Assembly (NCBI RefSeq): GCF_035594765.1
Contig: NC_085844.1
Coordinates: 226,316,107-226,380,106 of the forward strand
DNA length: 64,000 nt
Direction: 5' to 3'
DNA from: Anolis carolinensis
Taxonomy: Eukaryota
Shown here: positions 37,801 through 48,422 of the stretch, piece by piece
How the letters are laid out: each line of letters opens with the position of its first letter
How positions within the stretch are numbered: position 1 is the stretch's first letter
The notes under the pieces: generated by a model
What the model saw: only the letters and a program-made list of their open reading frames with translations
The model's database searches: none
What the model was told of the DNA's origin: nothing
Position numbers and translations under genes: made by a program

Positions 37801-39437
37801 GGAACCTGAAGCCATGTGGCTATCTGTCAAAAAAGTTTAGCGATACAGAAAAAAACTGGCCGATTTGGGAGAGAGAAGCCTTAGCGATTCTAAAAGCACT
37901 AGAGTGCTGGAGACACTTTCTGGAAGGAAGTGGAACACCGTTTGAGGTGTGGACTGATCATAGAAATTTACAGTATCTAAGATCCCCTCGTAAACTATCA
38001 GCGAAGCAAATTAGATGGGCCCAATATTTCAGCCGTTTTGATTTCAGACTCAGATTCTTCCAGGGGAAACATAACATACTCGCTGACGCTCTCTCTCGGA
38101 TGCCTCAGCACGGGGGAGGAATTCAGGAATCTGAAGGGAGCCTGTTCCTAGATAAGCAATGGGGCCTGGCAGTACTAACTCGAGCACAAGCGGCCAAAGA
38201 AAACAAACGTACTGCCATTTCCACGGGGGGAGGAGAAATATGGGAGGAAGAGTTGAAACGAGCGTATGGAATGGACAAATGGTTACAAACTAACAAAGAA
38301 AAGGGAGAATTGTGTGGGGATTTGGTGTTTGTAAATAAGAAATTGTATATTCCTGAATGTTTAAGACGAGAAATGTTAAGGAAGTGCCACGATAACAAGG
38401 GTGCGGGTCATCTAGGCCCCACCAGGACTATTAAACTGTTGGCCAAACAATGCTGGTGGCCCGGAATGAGGAAAGACGCCAGGGGGTACGTCACGCAGTG
38501 TGAATTATGTGCAGAGGGAAAAACACCACCGGGGAAGCCCCAGGGGCTATTGCAGAAGGTGGTGGAGCCCATGAGGCCATGGGAATGCGTGGCCATGGAT
38601 TTTGTAGGCGAACTACCCCCCAGCAGAGGCCACAGATACATTTGGACAATATTGGACCTATTCTCAAAACAGGCACACTTTGTGGCCCTGCCAAAACTCC
38701 CCTCAGCTGAAAAACTTGCTGATTTGTATGTGAAGCATGTATATCGCCTACATGGGTGTCCCGACAAAATAATTAGCGACCGGGGAGTCCAATTTACTGC
38801 AAAATTTTGGGGAAAATTCTTACAGCTGTTAGGAGCAGAAAGGAACCTGAGCTCGGCTTTTCATCCCGCAACCAACGGGGGAGTCGAACGCACCCAACAA
38901 ACACTGTGCCAATTCTTGAGGATGTACACCAATTATAGACAGGATGATTGGGCGGACCTTCTTCCGTTTGCTGAGATGGCTTTTAACGGGGCCGTACATT
39001 CGGCCACAGGTCGTGCCCCATTCGAAATAGTATACGGACAGGAGGTGGCACCTTTCCCCAGGCTACCCGAGTGGAAGGAAGGAGAGGGCCAGACCGACAA
39101 GGAATGGCCGGCCAAAATTAAGCAAGGGTGGCAGAACGTGGTGGAGGCATTGCGGGAAACACAAAAGAAGTACAAGCTCTTTGCAGATCGCAGGCGCCGA
39201 GAGGGGGACAAATTGGGCGAAGGGGATCTGGTTTGGCTGAGCACAAAAAACCTGAAATTGGGGTTCCCATCTAAAAAATTGGCTCCACGCTATATAGGGC
39301 CGTTCAGGGTAGCAAAAAGAATAAACGAAGTGACCTATGAGCTGAGGCTACCCAAGGACCTAGGAAAGGTACACCCGGTATTCCATTGCAGCCTGTTAAA
39401 AAAGTATAAAGGAACTCTGGACAGCGGAGAACAATAG
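34833..39437 (+). CDS. Gag-Pol polyprotein (1534 aa): capsid, CCHC knuckle, protease, RT, RNase H, integrase
   Basis: First in-frame ATG after the PBS; CFVCGRLGHRAAEC; FVDCGC; LPFGL and FLDD; CDAS...TDH; H-x6-H...CELC; MDF/SDRG/VER; YIGPF and HPVFH. The domain order RT-RH-IN is the Gypsy order. Confidence 0.95.
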   Translation: MQVEDEELLGAGGGRSERATPEPDAEFHQLAALASSTAYAQPNGVTQRRGVVRGDSTGGEEGSPSPGPQRMVFLEERMSAMETTLAVMSRAMERLAFLAEPERGRELRAGSMWDVSVGSSQGFADLPAPKGREMRKEPGARPKTQTSLTRVEESDDEGEKPPRIPATLPAETLVPLANAGRGTGPREAAAGPTGPQGGLRRAENWGLPPQGPLPRREELRIEFGGESSELDFFLTTVRGYMEDNAHTFRTESSRIRAIGAVLKRGAASWYVQLHARRDPCLGSLRRFMGALETRFRDPLEQIRAREKLKTVSQGQRSVSEYAEEFQCLAEKVPEWSAVTKIELFKEGLRREILSWAVHRDEPDTLRGWIQLAGRVETSLAQARRHRGGLQQRPQMKEGSRKEGSTPAGRRTEPTGNVSASRSGCFVCGRLGHRAAECWQRKGEGGGPPKPRAVAGKRAEEEPPMRHHSGGLVSQDKAMIVVPIQLENGSKQATCKAFVDCGCSRNIISPELAEGLGCERTNLESPIAFSQLDGSTASGSLAKYSAEDVKCKIGSWEGKVSFVISQIASYNVILGMPWLGQANPQINWEDKSMIFRMNLEEGEREPGKRGEEDSIRIAELADKLPPEYRDFVDVFDEKEADNFPPKRRVEVKIELVPGAELPKAKIYPMSAREKEELRKYIDKNLARGFLEPSNSPLGAPVLFRRKKDQTLRLCIDYRGLNAISTVNKYPLPLVKDLIAQLSEGQIFTKLDLIEAYHKLQIKPEDRWKTAFSCAFGLFNYRVLPFGLCGGGAAFMQLINEVLHPLLYKGVFIFLDDILIMSRTKEQHVELVREVLQKLREAKLYAKLAKCEFNKDQIDFLGYRISSQGVAMDPAKVEDVRGWEAPKTRKQLQSFLGFANFYRTFIKDFARLTLPLTDLLKTKGRGETAKVKAPGAKLTWTIECQEAFEALKKRFTEEPVLQHPDMSKAFVLHCDASDRAYGAVLLQKDEGGNLKPCGYLSKKFSDTEKNWPIWEREALAILKALECWRHFLEGSGTPFEVWTDHRNLQYLRSPRKLSAKQIRWAQYFSRFDFRLRFFQGKHNILADALSRMPQHGGGIQESEGSLFLDKQWGLAVLTRAQAAKENKRTAISTGGGEIWEEELKRAYGMDKWLQTNKEKGELCGDLVFVNKKLYIPECLRREMLRKCHDNKGAGHLGPTRTIKLLAKQCWWPGMRKDARGYVTQCELCAEGKTPPGKPQGLLQKVVEPMRPWECVAMDFVGELPPSRGHRYIWTILDLFSKQAHFVALPKLPSAEKLADLYVKHVYRLHGCPDKIISDRGVQFTAKFWGKFLQLLGAERNLSSAFHPATNGGVERTQQTLCQFLRMYTNYRQDDWADLLPFAEMAFNGAVHSATGRAPFEIVYGQEVAPFPRLPEWKEGEGQTDKEWPAKIKQGWQNVVEALRETQKKYKLFADRRRREGDKLGEGDLVWLSTKNLKLGFPSKKLAPRYIGPFRVAKRINEVTYELRLPKDLGKVHPVFHCSLLKKYKGTLDSGEQ

Positions 39438-39461
39438 TTGTGTTTAATCTTTTCCTTCCAG

Positions 39462-39503
39462 GACGAAGGGGAGGAGGACGCCATGTCAGAACCCTGCTAC
39501 TAG
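39462..39503 (+). CDS. Predicted terminal exon of spliced Gag (DEGEEDAMSEPCY*)
   Basis: Acceptor tttaatcttttccttccag ending 24 nt after the pol stop; joins in phase 0 to the donor TTG|gtaagt at 36245/36246. Confidence 0.6.
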   Translation, partial: DEGEEDAMSEPCY

Positions 39504-39786
39504 AGCCTGGATGTGGCTCTGAGTTTCAGGGTCACTGACATTGATAAGACACCTGCGGCTCAGGACTCGGAGAAGAAACGGCTGCTGGACTTGGCGGGGA
39601 ATTTGCGCGGGGTTTTACTGAGCGGGAAGAGACTTTTCAAATGAGGGGGAGGGTATATAAAGGATGGTTGGCCGGAGCCTCCCATTCTTGGCTTTTTTGA
39701 TGTTCATGTTTCCTACAGTAAAAGTTTCTGGTGATATCACAGAGAGTCTCGTGTGTTCATTCAGGAGCGGCTGTGGTGAGCTGACA
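39484..39786 (+). repeat. 3' LTR
   Basis: Direct repeat of 34482-34784. Confidence 0.97.
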
Positions 39787-41231
39787 GATTAATATTGCTA
39801 CAGACCGTGGCTGAGAAACTTTTTTTCACCTAACAAGAATCAAAGTATGAAATATTTTTAATACTTGTTCATGCCTGCAAACATGTTTAAATCACTTTAA
39901 ATCTTTTAACTATACAATTATCCAATCTTAAATGTATTCATTGCAAAGTAATCTACATGCACAGACATCAGCTTATCCCTAACCCCCAATAGTTTCTCTC
40001 TTGTTTAGAACTCCAGGCAGCCTGGAGCATGAATTTCGAAGTGGTATTTGGCCAGGTGTACAGCTTGGGATATGAAGACGTTTCCTCCATAAGAAATTTT
40101 TACTTCAACCTGTAAACTTCAAATGGTTTTTACTTCAACCATTGCAATGGTTTAACATTTTGGGCAAAAACTTTGTACACCAGACTTCAAATCACCACTT
40201 GGCCATGAAAATCCACAGGGTGACCTTGGGCAAATCACACTCTTTCTGTCTCATAGGAAAGTGTGGAGAACCCGTCGCCCCACATTGCCCCACTTACTGT
40301 TGGCCTCATCCCATGGGGGGAAGTGTCCATCGCCTGGCTTCCCCCCACTGTTGCAAAGGCAACACGGGAAACCTTCCGTGTCGCCACAGCGACGGTGTAT
40401 GCCGCTTGCCCTCCCCTTTTGCCACAGAGCCCCAACAGAAGTAGATATATGTCATGTAATGGGCTCCATGGTAAAAGAGGAGAGCAAGCAGCTTACAGCG
40501 GGCACATTAGCTCGTATGATGAGGTCATATGATTCTAGACTAAAATCCCTGTTGGGTGACCTTGGATCATTCAATTACTCTCAGCCCCTGAAAACCCTGT
40601 GATAGGTTTGCCTTAGGGTTCCCATTAGATAGAAGTGACTTAGAGGCACATAACAACAGCAAATATGAATAAGATCACAGCCTTAACTTGACAAACAGTC
40701 CTAAATGAGAGTTCTTTAGCCCAATTTAGAACTATGGGAAAGTTGCAAGAGTGTTTCCTTTCCCTTCCCATCCTTCTTAAATTTCTCTATGTAATCTCCT
40801 GACTCCTCCAACCCTAACCTCGCTTCAGAAAACAATAACTTGTTTAAGGCTCAAGCAGGCCAGTTGTCTCCTTCTGCCAATTTCCTTCTTTTAAAAAATC
40901 CAGCCCAGACCTTCAGCATTCTATAAGTTCAGTGAGCTTCTTATTCCAAAATACCTGTCAAATCATTGGAGCTTTTTAAAGAAAAATCTTCAATTTACGA
41001 ACAAATATATTTTTGATCTTATTTAAATCTCTTATCCTACAAGTCCTTTACACAACAGTTATAATGACTTATTTCTCTATAACTTAACCAGATAACTGCT
41101 TTGAAAAGAGAGAAAAATTGTGAGGAAGTTTTTTTTCTCCTACATGTTCTACTTTGTGCAAATGTTAAAGATTATTACAAAAATCACTATAAAAAGCTGA
41201 TTTAACCCAGTGTTCCATTCAGGCTAAGATT

Positions 41232-41326
41232 TTTTTGGCCTACAACTCCCAGAAATCCCAGCCAGTTTACCAGCTGTTAGGATTGAAGGCCAGAAACATC
41301 TGGGGACCCCAGGCTGAGAACCACTG
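41232..41326. mobile_element. hAT MITE fragment
   Basis: ggcctacaactcccagaaatcc...ccaggctgagaaccactg. Confidence 0.65.
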
Positions 41327-41356
41327 GCCTAAGGTCCTTTTGCACTGTATAGTCAA

Positions 41357-41562
41357 GGTGATTGATTACAACATTCACACTGGCCTGCAACAGACAAGAG
41401 TCATTTCTCCCACCCTGAACCTTCCACAGATATATCAACCTCCCTTGCTTAGTTTCCAGTATACCTCACAACCTCTGAGGATGCCTGCCATAGATGTGGG
41501 TGAAACATCAGGAGATAATGCTTCTGGAACATGACATACATCCCAGAAAACTCACAACAACA
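41357..41562 (+). mobile_element. Penelope pLTR fragment with hammerhead motif (41472-41512)
   Basis: Homologous to the pLTRs of 9443-10520; contains cctctgaggatgcctgccatagatgtgggtgaaacatcagg. Confidence 0.8.
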
Positions 41563-43047
41563 TACTGTACAGTTAAAGTTTTATGATTCTGGCTTCATTA
41601 CCATGGCAACACCCTATATGGTATCCTGGAGTTTAGCGTTTGGAGAGGTAGTAGAACTTTCTGCCTGAGAATTTTTAATAATGTCCACATTTGCAAGCGT
41701 GACTTTTGAGGATTTGATTTTTCATGATTTGATTAAAATGTAGGAATCTGTAGGTCCTCCAGTATGCTTCTATAGTATGCTTCCAGGAGCCCAGGAAGGA
41801 TGCTTCCTTAACCCCGTTCCTCACACCCAGGCCCCCTTGAAAGGAAGAAGGGAAAGGATCCCAGGAACGGAAAGGGGAGTCTTGTAAGTTCCCCATTGCC
41901 GCCAATTGGCCAGATCTTCACGGATCTTTTGGCTGCCTAGCTGAAAACAGATTTTTCTATTAGTCGATTTTTGGGAGGCTCCCAAAAACAGATCTGGGCC
42001 CAAGGAAATTCAGATACCAAAAATGGTTTGTTCTCCAGCCGAATTGCACAAGCCTAGACCACAGTCATGCTGAAGTACCTAGTGCTTGTCAGAAAGATGT
42101 TCCCACAATTAAAAAATAGTATTTTAAATTTGTGATTTGTCAATTCCACTAGGGACCTGTGGCCTTAATCTTTGCAAATTGGGGTGGTTGACTATACTTT
42201 TCACTAGTATTAAGTAAGATGTTGCCAAGGAAGCTAAAGCATCTGAGATCCCTTCATTTTTCCTATCCGCTTTACTTTCAGTTCACAGACAAAAGCCTTT
42301 CTCAGTCCTGATGCTTTTAATTAGAGATACCAGTGATTAAGCTTTGGATCCTCTGCATACAAGATCAGTGGCCTTTCTCAATGCAGCCCAGTCCCTTTAT
42401 AGAGCCTATGTTTATCTCAAGATGACTATTACGGTTTTTAAAATATTTCTTTCTGGGTTCGTTCTTGATCTTTGCCTTTCTAGCATCCCTAAGGATTATT
42501 GTGCATTTAGGAACATGATAGAGATCACTCGCAAGCCGTGGAGAACAAAGGCTGTAAAAGTACCCCGCGTACAATTGGCTATTTGCCTATGAGAAAGCAA
42601 ACCCTTAGGAGAGCTAGTGCTTTTATAGTAGCAATAACTATTGCTATTTCTCTAGTATATTTTATCCCAGGATATTTTAACTGAATAGAGTATTTTTTGC
42701 AAGGTATGTGCACAGAGAATTAGTCATTTATTAATTTGGAGTGGCATTTATAATAGTAAAGTCTAGAATTGTTTGTTAGTTACTGCAGTACGTATATCAA
42801 CAAAAGTTAGACAATTGAGTGAGAAACTCTGGTAAGATAAATTTAGATTCTAGGTTAATTGGTGGGAAAAAATGAGTTTCCTTCAGGAGAAGAATTCAAG
42901 CTGATTTTTGCATGCCCTCCAACATTTCACAGATGAAAGAGTATTTTAATGGCCAAGTAGAATCAGAATGTAGTCAAGATAGCAAACTTTATGAATGAGG
43001 ATGACACATAAGCTAGAAAAGACTGGAGTAGTTTGCTTTTGCTGTAG

Positions 43048-43232
43048 GCTGTATCTACATTATAGAATGAATGCAGTTTGACACCATAAGAATGGTCATA
43101 GCTCAATGCTGTGGAATCAAGGGAGTTCTAGTTCTATAAGATATTTAACCTTCTCTGCCAAAGGGTGCTGGTGCCTCAGCAAGTTAAAAGTCCCAGGATT
43201 ATATAGCATTGAGCTATGGCAGTTCAAGCAGA
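43048..43232. mobile_element. Harbinger-like palindromic MITE (partial)
   Basis: Same family as 46287-46500 (tctacattatagaatgaatgcagtttgacacc...gcattgagctatggcagtt). Confidence 0.6.
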
Positions 43233-43805
43233 GTCTACCAGGAAGGACAAGATTCAATTCAATTCCCTCCTCTTCTCCGTGCTGAGTGAACTGAACACAA
43301 ACTACATTTGCATTTTGAATGGTGTTGGGGGTTGTAGAAATAAATAAATAGAAGCTTTACCACAGTTTCTGAATCAAGATAAATCCTGCAGTATAATAAA
43401 GTATCATTCAGGTTTGTATAACAAGTAACAGTATCTTTACTTCAGTTCAAAAGTTCAAACAGGGCAACAATATATACAGCAGTCTCTCTGAATTCACGCA
43501 GAGAACATAGGAAATAAATAGGTCCTTTAAACAGCCTTTAAATATGCCTCATTTGCCTTATAAATAATCAGGCTTTGGAGAGTATAGCAGCCATTTCCTT
43601 CCTAACCATTTTAAGTCAGCACTCTCTTCCCTCTCTGAGATGAAAGTGGCAGTTAAAACCGTTTGTCTCAGCACCAAGCTAGAGACAGCAACCAATCAGA
43701 ATTCTGGCCCCTGACTGTCTCAGCCAATCAGCTGTCAACACATGTCTTTCCAAATAACTAATTATATCATGGTGACTCCTTACAAATCCTCACAAATGGT
43801 GGATG

Positions 43806-44000
43806 TAGCTACACTGTAGAATTAATGTAGTTTGACAGCACTTTAATTGCCAGAGGTCAGTGCTATGGATTCTTGGGAGTTGTAGCCTTCTCTGCCAAAG
43901 AAGGCTGGTGCCTCATCAGATTCCAAGATTCAGGATTCTATAGCATTGAGCTATCACTCGAGTGCTATCAAACTACAGTAATTCTACGATATGGATGCAC
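43806..44000. mobile_element. Harbinger-like palindromic MITE
   Basis: ctacactgtagaattaatgtagtttgacagcac...gtgctatcaaactacagtaattctac. Confidence 0.65.
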
Positions 44001-46286
44001 TGTCAGTTTGCACCAATGGAGGCATATTGGAAACAAAGTAAAAAGTTGGAAAGAAGAGAGACAAAACAGGATATTTCAAAAGACTCTGAAAAAGTGGAAC
44101 TGCAGAGGATTAATCTCTGGCAAATTTCATTCAAAACTTCTTGCATTATTAATGCAAGAGGGACTTACAACAAAATCATACAGTGAAGAATACTTCATTC
44201 TCTGGCTGTCTATCAAACAACCAGAAATAGCAGTTTCCAGGTTATTCCATTTCATCCTCTCTCCCCACATTCCTCTTTCCGGCATCAACAGATGATCAGT
44301 AAACAGCCTATGGCCACTGAGTGTCCTCAGTCTTCTCCTTAAGTTAATTTTTTCACTAAAGATTTTTGTACTTTTGCAAAACTTTGTGTTATCATGAGCT
44401 GTTCTCCTCTTGTAGGTTTCAAGTTACAGTGACAATTTCTTTAAGAATTATTCTAGTGCATATGCTTCAGCTGGCTCAAGTCTTAGAGCAATCATGTGGA
44501 AAAGAGCTGTGGTGTCCATTGTTAAAACATGTTGACACTCATACTGGATACCGACATATTTATCAGTTCCTCCAGGGTTGTGGCTATATTATAGCATTCT
44601 TATAAGGGCTAAAATTCTGCCTGAGTGTTTTCTGAGATGTTACCAAACCAAACTGGGCTGTCGCTCTTGGCTTGTGCTCATTAACTGCCAGCTGCAACAA
44701 TAAAATGAAAACAAAAATATGGACGAGGAAGCACAGGAGACAGAACTGTCAGAAGGAAGTACTTTTCACTGGTGCTGATTTAACTTTAGGAATACATTGC
44801 CCCAAGTCACTGGCTTAGGTGTCTTTAAAAGGGGATTAGAAAAAGATTTGTAGGATTTATATATTTATTGTTTATTTTGCTGTTATATTTATCTCCTGCC
44901 TTTCCTCCTGTAGTGTCAAGATTAGTGTACATTGTGCTCTCATCCTCACTTTACTTTTGCAAAACCCTGTGGGGTTGGGCCCAGAAAATGTGACTGGCCT
45001 TTAATCACCCCATCAATCTTTATAGTCGATCTCAAAGATCATCCAGATTTCAGACTACAATTCCCAATTCCCCCCACCCATCATGATCAAAAACACTATT
45101 ATGCAGATGCTCATTTTTCTGTTAAAAAGTTGGATATTTGTTGTATATAGTACACAAAGCTTAGAAAATTTACTTTTTGGATTGTAGCTCCCAGGACAAA
45201 CATATACTTGTAATAAGACCTCCATATCCATGAGGTTGGATTGCAGTTAAAACAGTCCACAGATACAACTGAATGTCATTGAAGTACCTCACCACAGAGT
45301 TCTGTTCAAAGAACTAAAGATTTCGAGAGAAGTATCCTCCAACACAACTCAATGGTAACTACTAAGGGAGTATACTATAGAAATCCTTTGGAACCTTGCA
45401 GCTTCCTAAAGAGATAATTTCCTCCCTGGATAGGTGGAATATCAGATTTGGGTTCTGTGGCTGCGGAAGTTTTACTGCACACAAAATTCCTGGAAATTCT
45501 CCTGGAATGTATGGCCACTTTATGTTTGCCTACATTCATTAAATTAAGATATGTAGGAACTGTCATTAGTTATTAGAGACTCCCTGTGTTTAAAAAGTTG
45601 TCCTTGGTAAAATACGAGAGGAATGTTGGAAGAAATTCCCGTTAAAATGAGCGAGTGACTTAGGAGGGAAGGTTTTCCCTTAAATCTTTGTGCTTGTGCA
45701 GTTTGATTTTCTGTTTGCTGATTGTGTAATGCTTGAACATACATCTACCATTGATGCTGCCTTGAGTGGGGGGTCACCTTAGCCCAGGGACTCCATATAA
45801 CCAAGCTATAAGAAATGCAATAGTTTACTTGCTGGGAATAGGCTAGGTAGGATCAGGCATTTAAGTGTCCAGTTCTACCACCGCAGAGTGGAGGCTGGAG
45901 CTCAGAACTGAAAGGCCTGGAATGCTTTCCTGCAGGGGAGCATCTGATACAGGATTTATCCATCAATAAACTCTCTCAGCCTCGGAGGAAAGCAAAGGCA
46001 AACCCCTTCAGAGAAAAATCTCACCAAGAAAACACTGTGATAGGATTATCTTAGTCTGAAATGACTTGAAGCCATACAGCACAACAAACTAGGTTTATCC
46101 TATAGCAGTTACCAACTCTTTGTGTTCAGCACCAAATAATGTCTTGGGGTACCCTAGTATTACACCCGGTTCTGACACAGAACACCAATGTGAAGTGATG
46201 ATCTAGGCAAGCCCAGATTGGACTAGCAATCACAGCTCATGGAATACTATGAGACAGAGCTTATGGGCAAGGCAGGATTTAACTAA

Positions 46287-46500
46287 GGGTCCACCTACAC
46301 TGTAGAATAAATGCAATTCGATACTGCTTTAATTGCTATAGCTCAATGTTATGGATTCCTAAGATTTGTAGTTTGATGAGACACTGCCACTCTTTGGCAA
46401 AGGAAGTTTATAGAATTACAACTCCCATAATTCCATAGCATTGAGCCATGGCAGTTAAAATGTTGTTAAGATGCATTAATTTTACAGTGTAGATGCTCTC
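46287..46500. mobile_element. Harbinger-like palindromic MITE
   Basis: Long imperfect TIRs (ctacactgtagaataaatgca / tgcattaattttacagtgtag) flanked by taa and tag. Confidence 0.7.
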
Positions 46501-47145
46501 TAGTTTGGGGATGAGGCTGTTCAGATGTTCTAGGCTACAAGTTCTGCAGGCCCTCATCATTGGTCATATTTGATGGGCTGCTGCGTTTTGAAGCAAAATA
46601 TCCAGAGGGACAAATATTCCCAATTTTGTCAACATAAACTGAATTTCTTAATTTGAAAATATATACAATTTTGCTGCAGGGCACATAAGTACAAACACAA
46701 GAACATGCATTCAGATGCATGCACACGGGCTCTCAGCACATTGCATTCATTCCATCAACAATAAATGACTTGCTAGCCAGTAAATATAACCAAATATGGT
46801 TGAATTACAGATTAAACCTGCCTGCTTTAATGTGGGCAATCTGAATCCATGTGAGTAGCCTCTGGTATAGGAATAATAGAAAGTGGTTGAACTCTAACTA
46901 CTCCTTCATGGTCAACAGATCTTTTCTTGATCAGCTGATGTCCAGGACTATTATAAGAGGGGATTGAGTGTAGCTGTTGTTTCCTGATGAGCTACAGTAA
47001 TTTCCTGTACATTGCAACCCCTTTATCTGTGGGAGATACCTTTTACGACACACACAGGCACCATGGATACTTAAATGCTGGATGCTAGTGATTCCTGTAT
47101 TTTGACTATACTTGTACTGGAAGCATACCATAGAATTCACTAGAG

Positions 47146-47469
47146 CACTACTTCTTAAACTGTGGGTTTTAACCCCAAATGCCCCCCCCCCCACAACTCA
47201 TTGTTGGGGGCCATGAAAAATTTGGCAAAGGTAAAAAATTTCTGAATTCCACCCATTTACACAAACCTGTTAGCATTAATATGCAGTGTTTACAGTGGAC
47301 TCTGCTTCAGGTGTACTCCACAGAAGAGAAAATCAGCCTTGCAAATGAAGAATTATTTTCAGTTGGTGTTGGATTTTTATACTTATTTTGTATATCTGTG
47401 TACCTGGGATGACATAAAACTTTATCAGGTGGCAAGAGATTGTGAGCAGAAAAGGTTTAAGAACCCCTG
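47146..47469. mobile_element. Non-autonomous hAT-like element
   Basis: Ends ttcttaaact...aggtttaagaacccctg; degenerate 8-bp TSD cactagag/cattagaa. Confidence 0.5.
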
Positions 47470-47638
47470 CATTAGAAGACCTAGAGAGACCCACAAACGT
47501 TTCAGGGATGAAGTAATACTTTTGCAGTGTGGATAAAAGCAGCCATGAACATCAAATTAATGGATAAAGGTGTCGTACTATACATTATCATTGAAGACAA
47601 TGCCATGGATGTAACTTACTTCTTATTTTTGATTCTAG

Positions 47639-48422
47639 GTACTTACCAAGGTCAGTTCACCAATGGCATGCGGCATGGTTATGGCGTCCGCCAGAGTGTC
47701 CCATATGGCATTGCAGCTGTTGTGCGCAACCCTCTAAGGACCTCCCTCACCTCTCTCCGTAGTGAGCACAGCAACGGCACCCTGCTGCAACATGACTCCC
47801 CAACTGCCAACCTGGAAAATCTTCCCATGACACCGACTATCACACGGGGAGGCTTTGCGCTCAGCTTGTACGCAGATGCAGATGCTGCCAAACTGAAGAA
47901 GGGAGGGCTCTTCCGTCGGAGCTCCTTGTTTGGGAAGCTGAAGAAAGCTGACTCCAAGACTTCCTTGACCAGCCAGAGGAGTCGGCTCAGCTTCCTCAAG
48001 AGCGAGAGTGGCATGAGCTCCACTGGTAGTGATGCTACTTCTACTGCCAGCCTGGGAGAAGGAGCAGAGGGAGAGGACTTTGCACCATTTGATGCCGATA
48101 TTGATGCCACCACCACAGAGTCCTACATGGGCGAGTGGAAGAATGACAAGCGCTCGGGGTTTGGTGTTAGCGAGCGGTCGAGTGGGCTGAAGTATGAGGG
48201 CGAATGGCTGGATAACGTACGGCATGGATATGGTTGCACCACGTTGCCTGATGGTAAGAAGGAAGAAGGGAAATACCGAATGAATGTCCTGATCAAAGGC
48301 ATGAAGAAGCGGGTGATACCTCTGAAAAGTGCCAAGATAAGGCAGAAAGTGGACCGGAGCGTGGAAGGGGCTCAGAGGGCAGCAGCCATTGCCAGACAGA
48401 AATCTGAAATTGCAGCTTCTAG
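47639..48422 (+). CDS. JPH2: Junctophilin-2 coding exon 2
   Basis: Acceptor tttttgattctag; phase 1 joins exon 1 (G|GT); [23 protein letters not shown]...[14 protein letters not shown]...[13 protein letters not shown]; donor AG|gtaagg; 784 nt. Confidence 0.96.

Larger units (their letters stand above)
34482..39786 (+). mobile_element. Full-length Ty3/Gypsy (Tf1/sushi-type) LTR retrotransposon in JPH2 intron 1
   Basis: Two 303-bp TG...CA LTRs; flanking direct repeat gattaa; uninterrupted gag-pol; purine tract at 39465-39478. Confidence 0.98.

Noticed and set aside
34613-39244. Antisense ORFs inside the Gypsy element
   Set aside because: Shadow frames of a long GC-rich coding sequence; no independent evidence.
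39437-39483. env-like third ORF in the Gypsy element
   Set aside because: Only 46 nt separate the pol stop from the 3' LTR.
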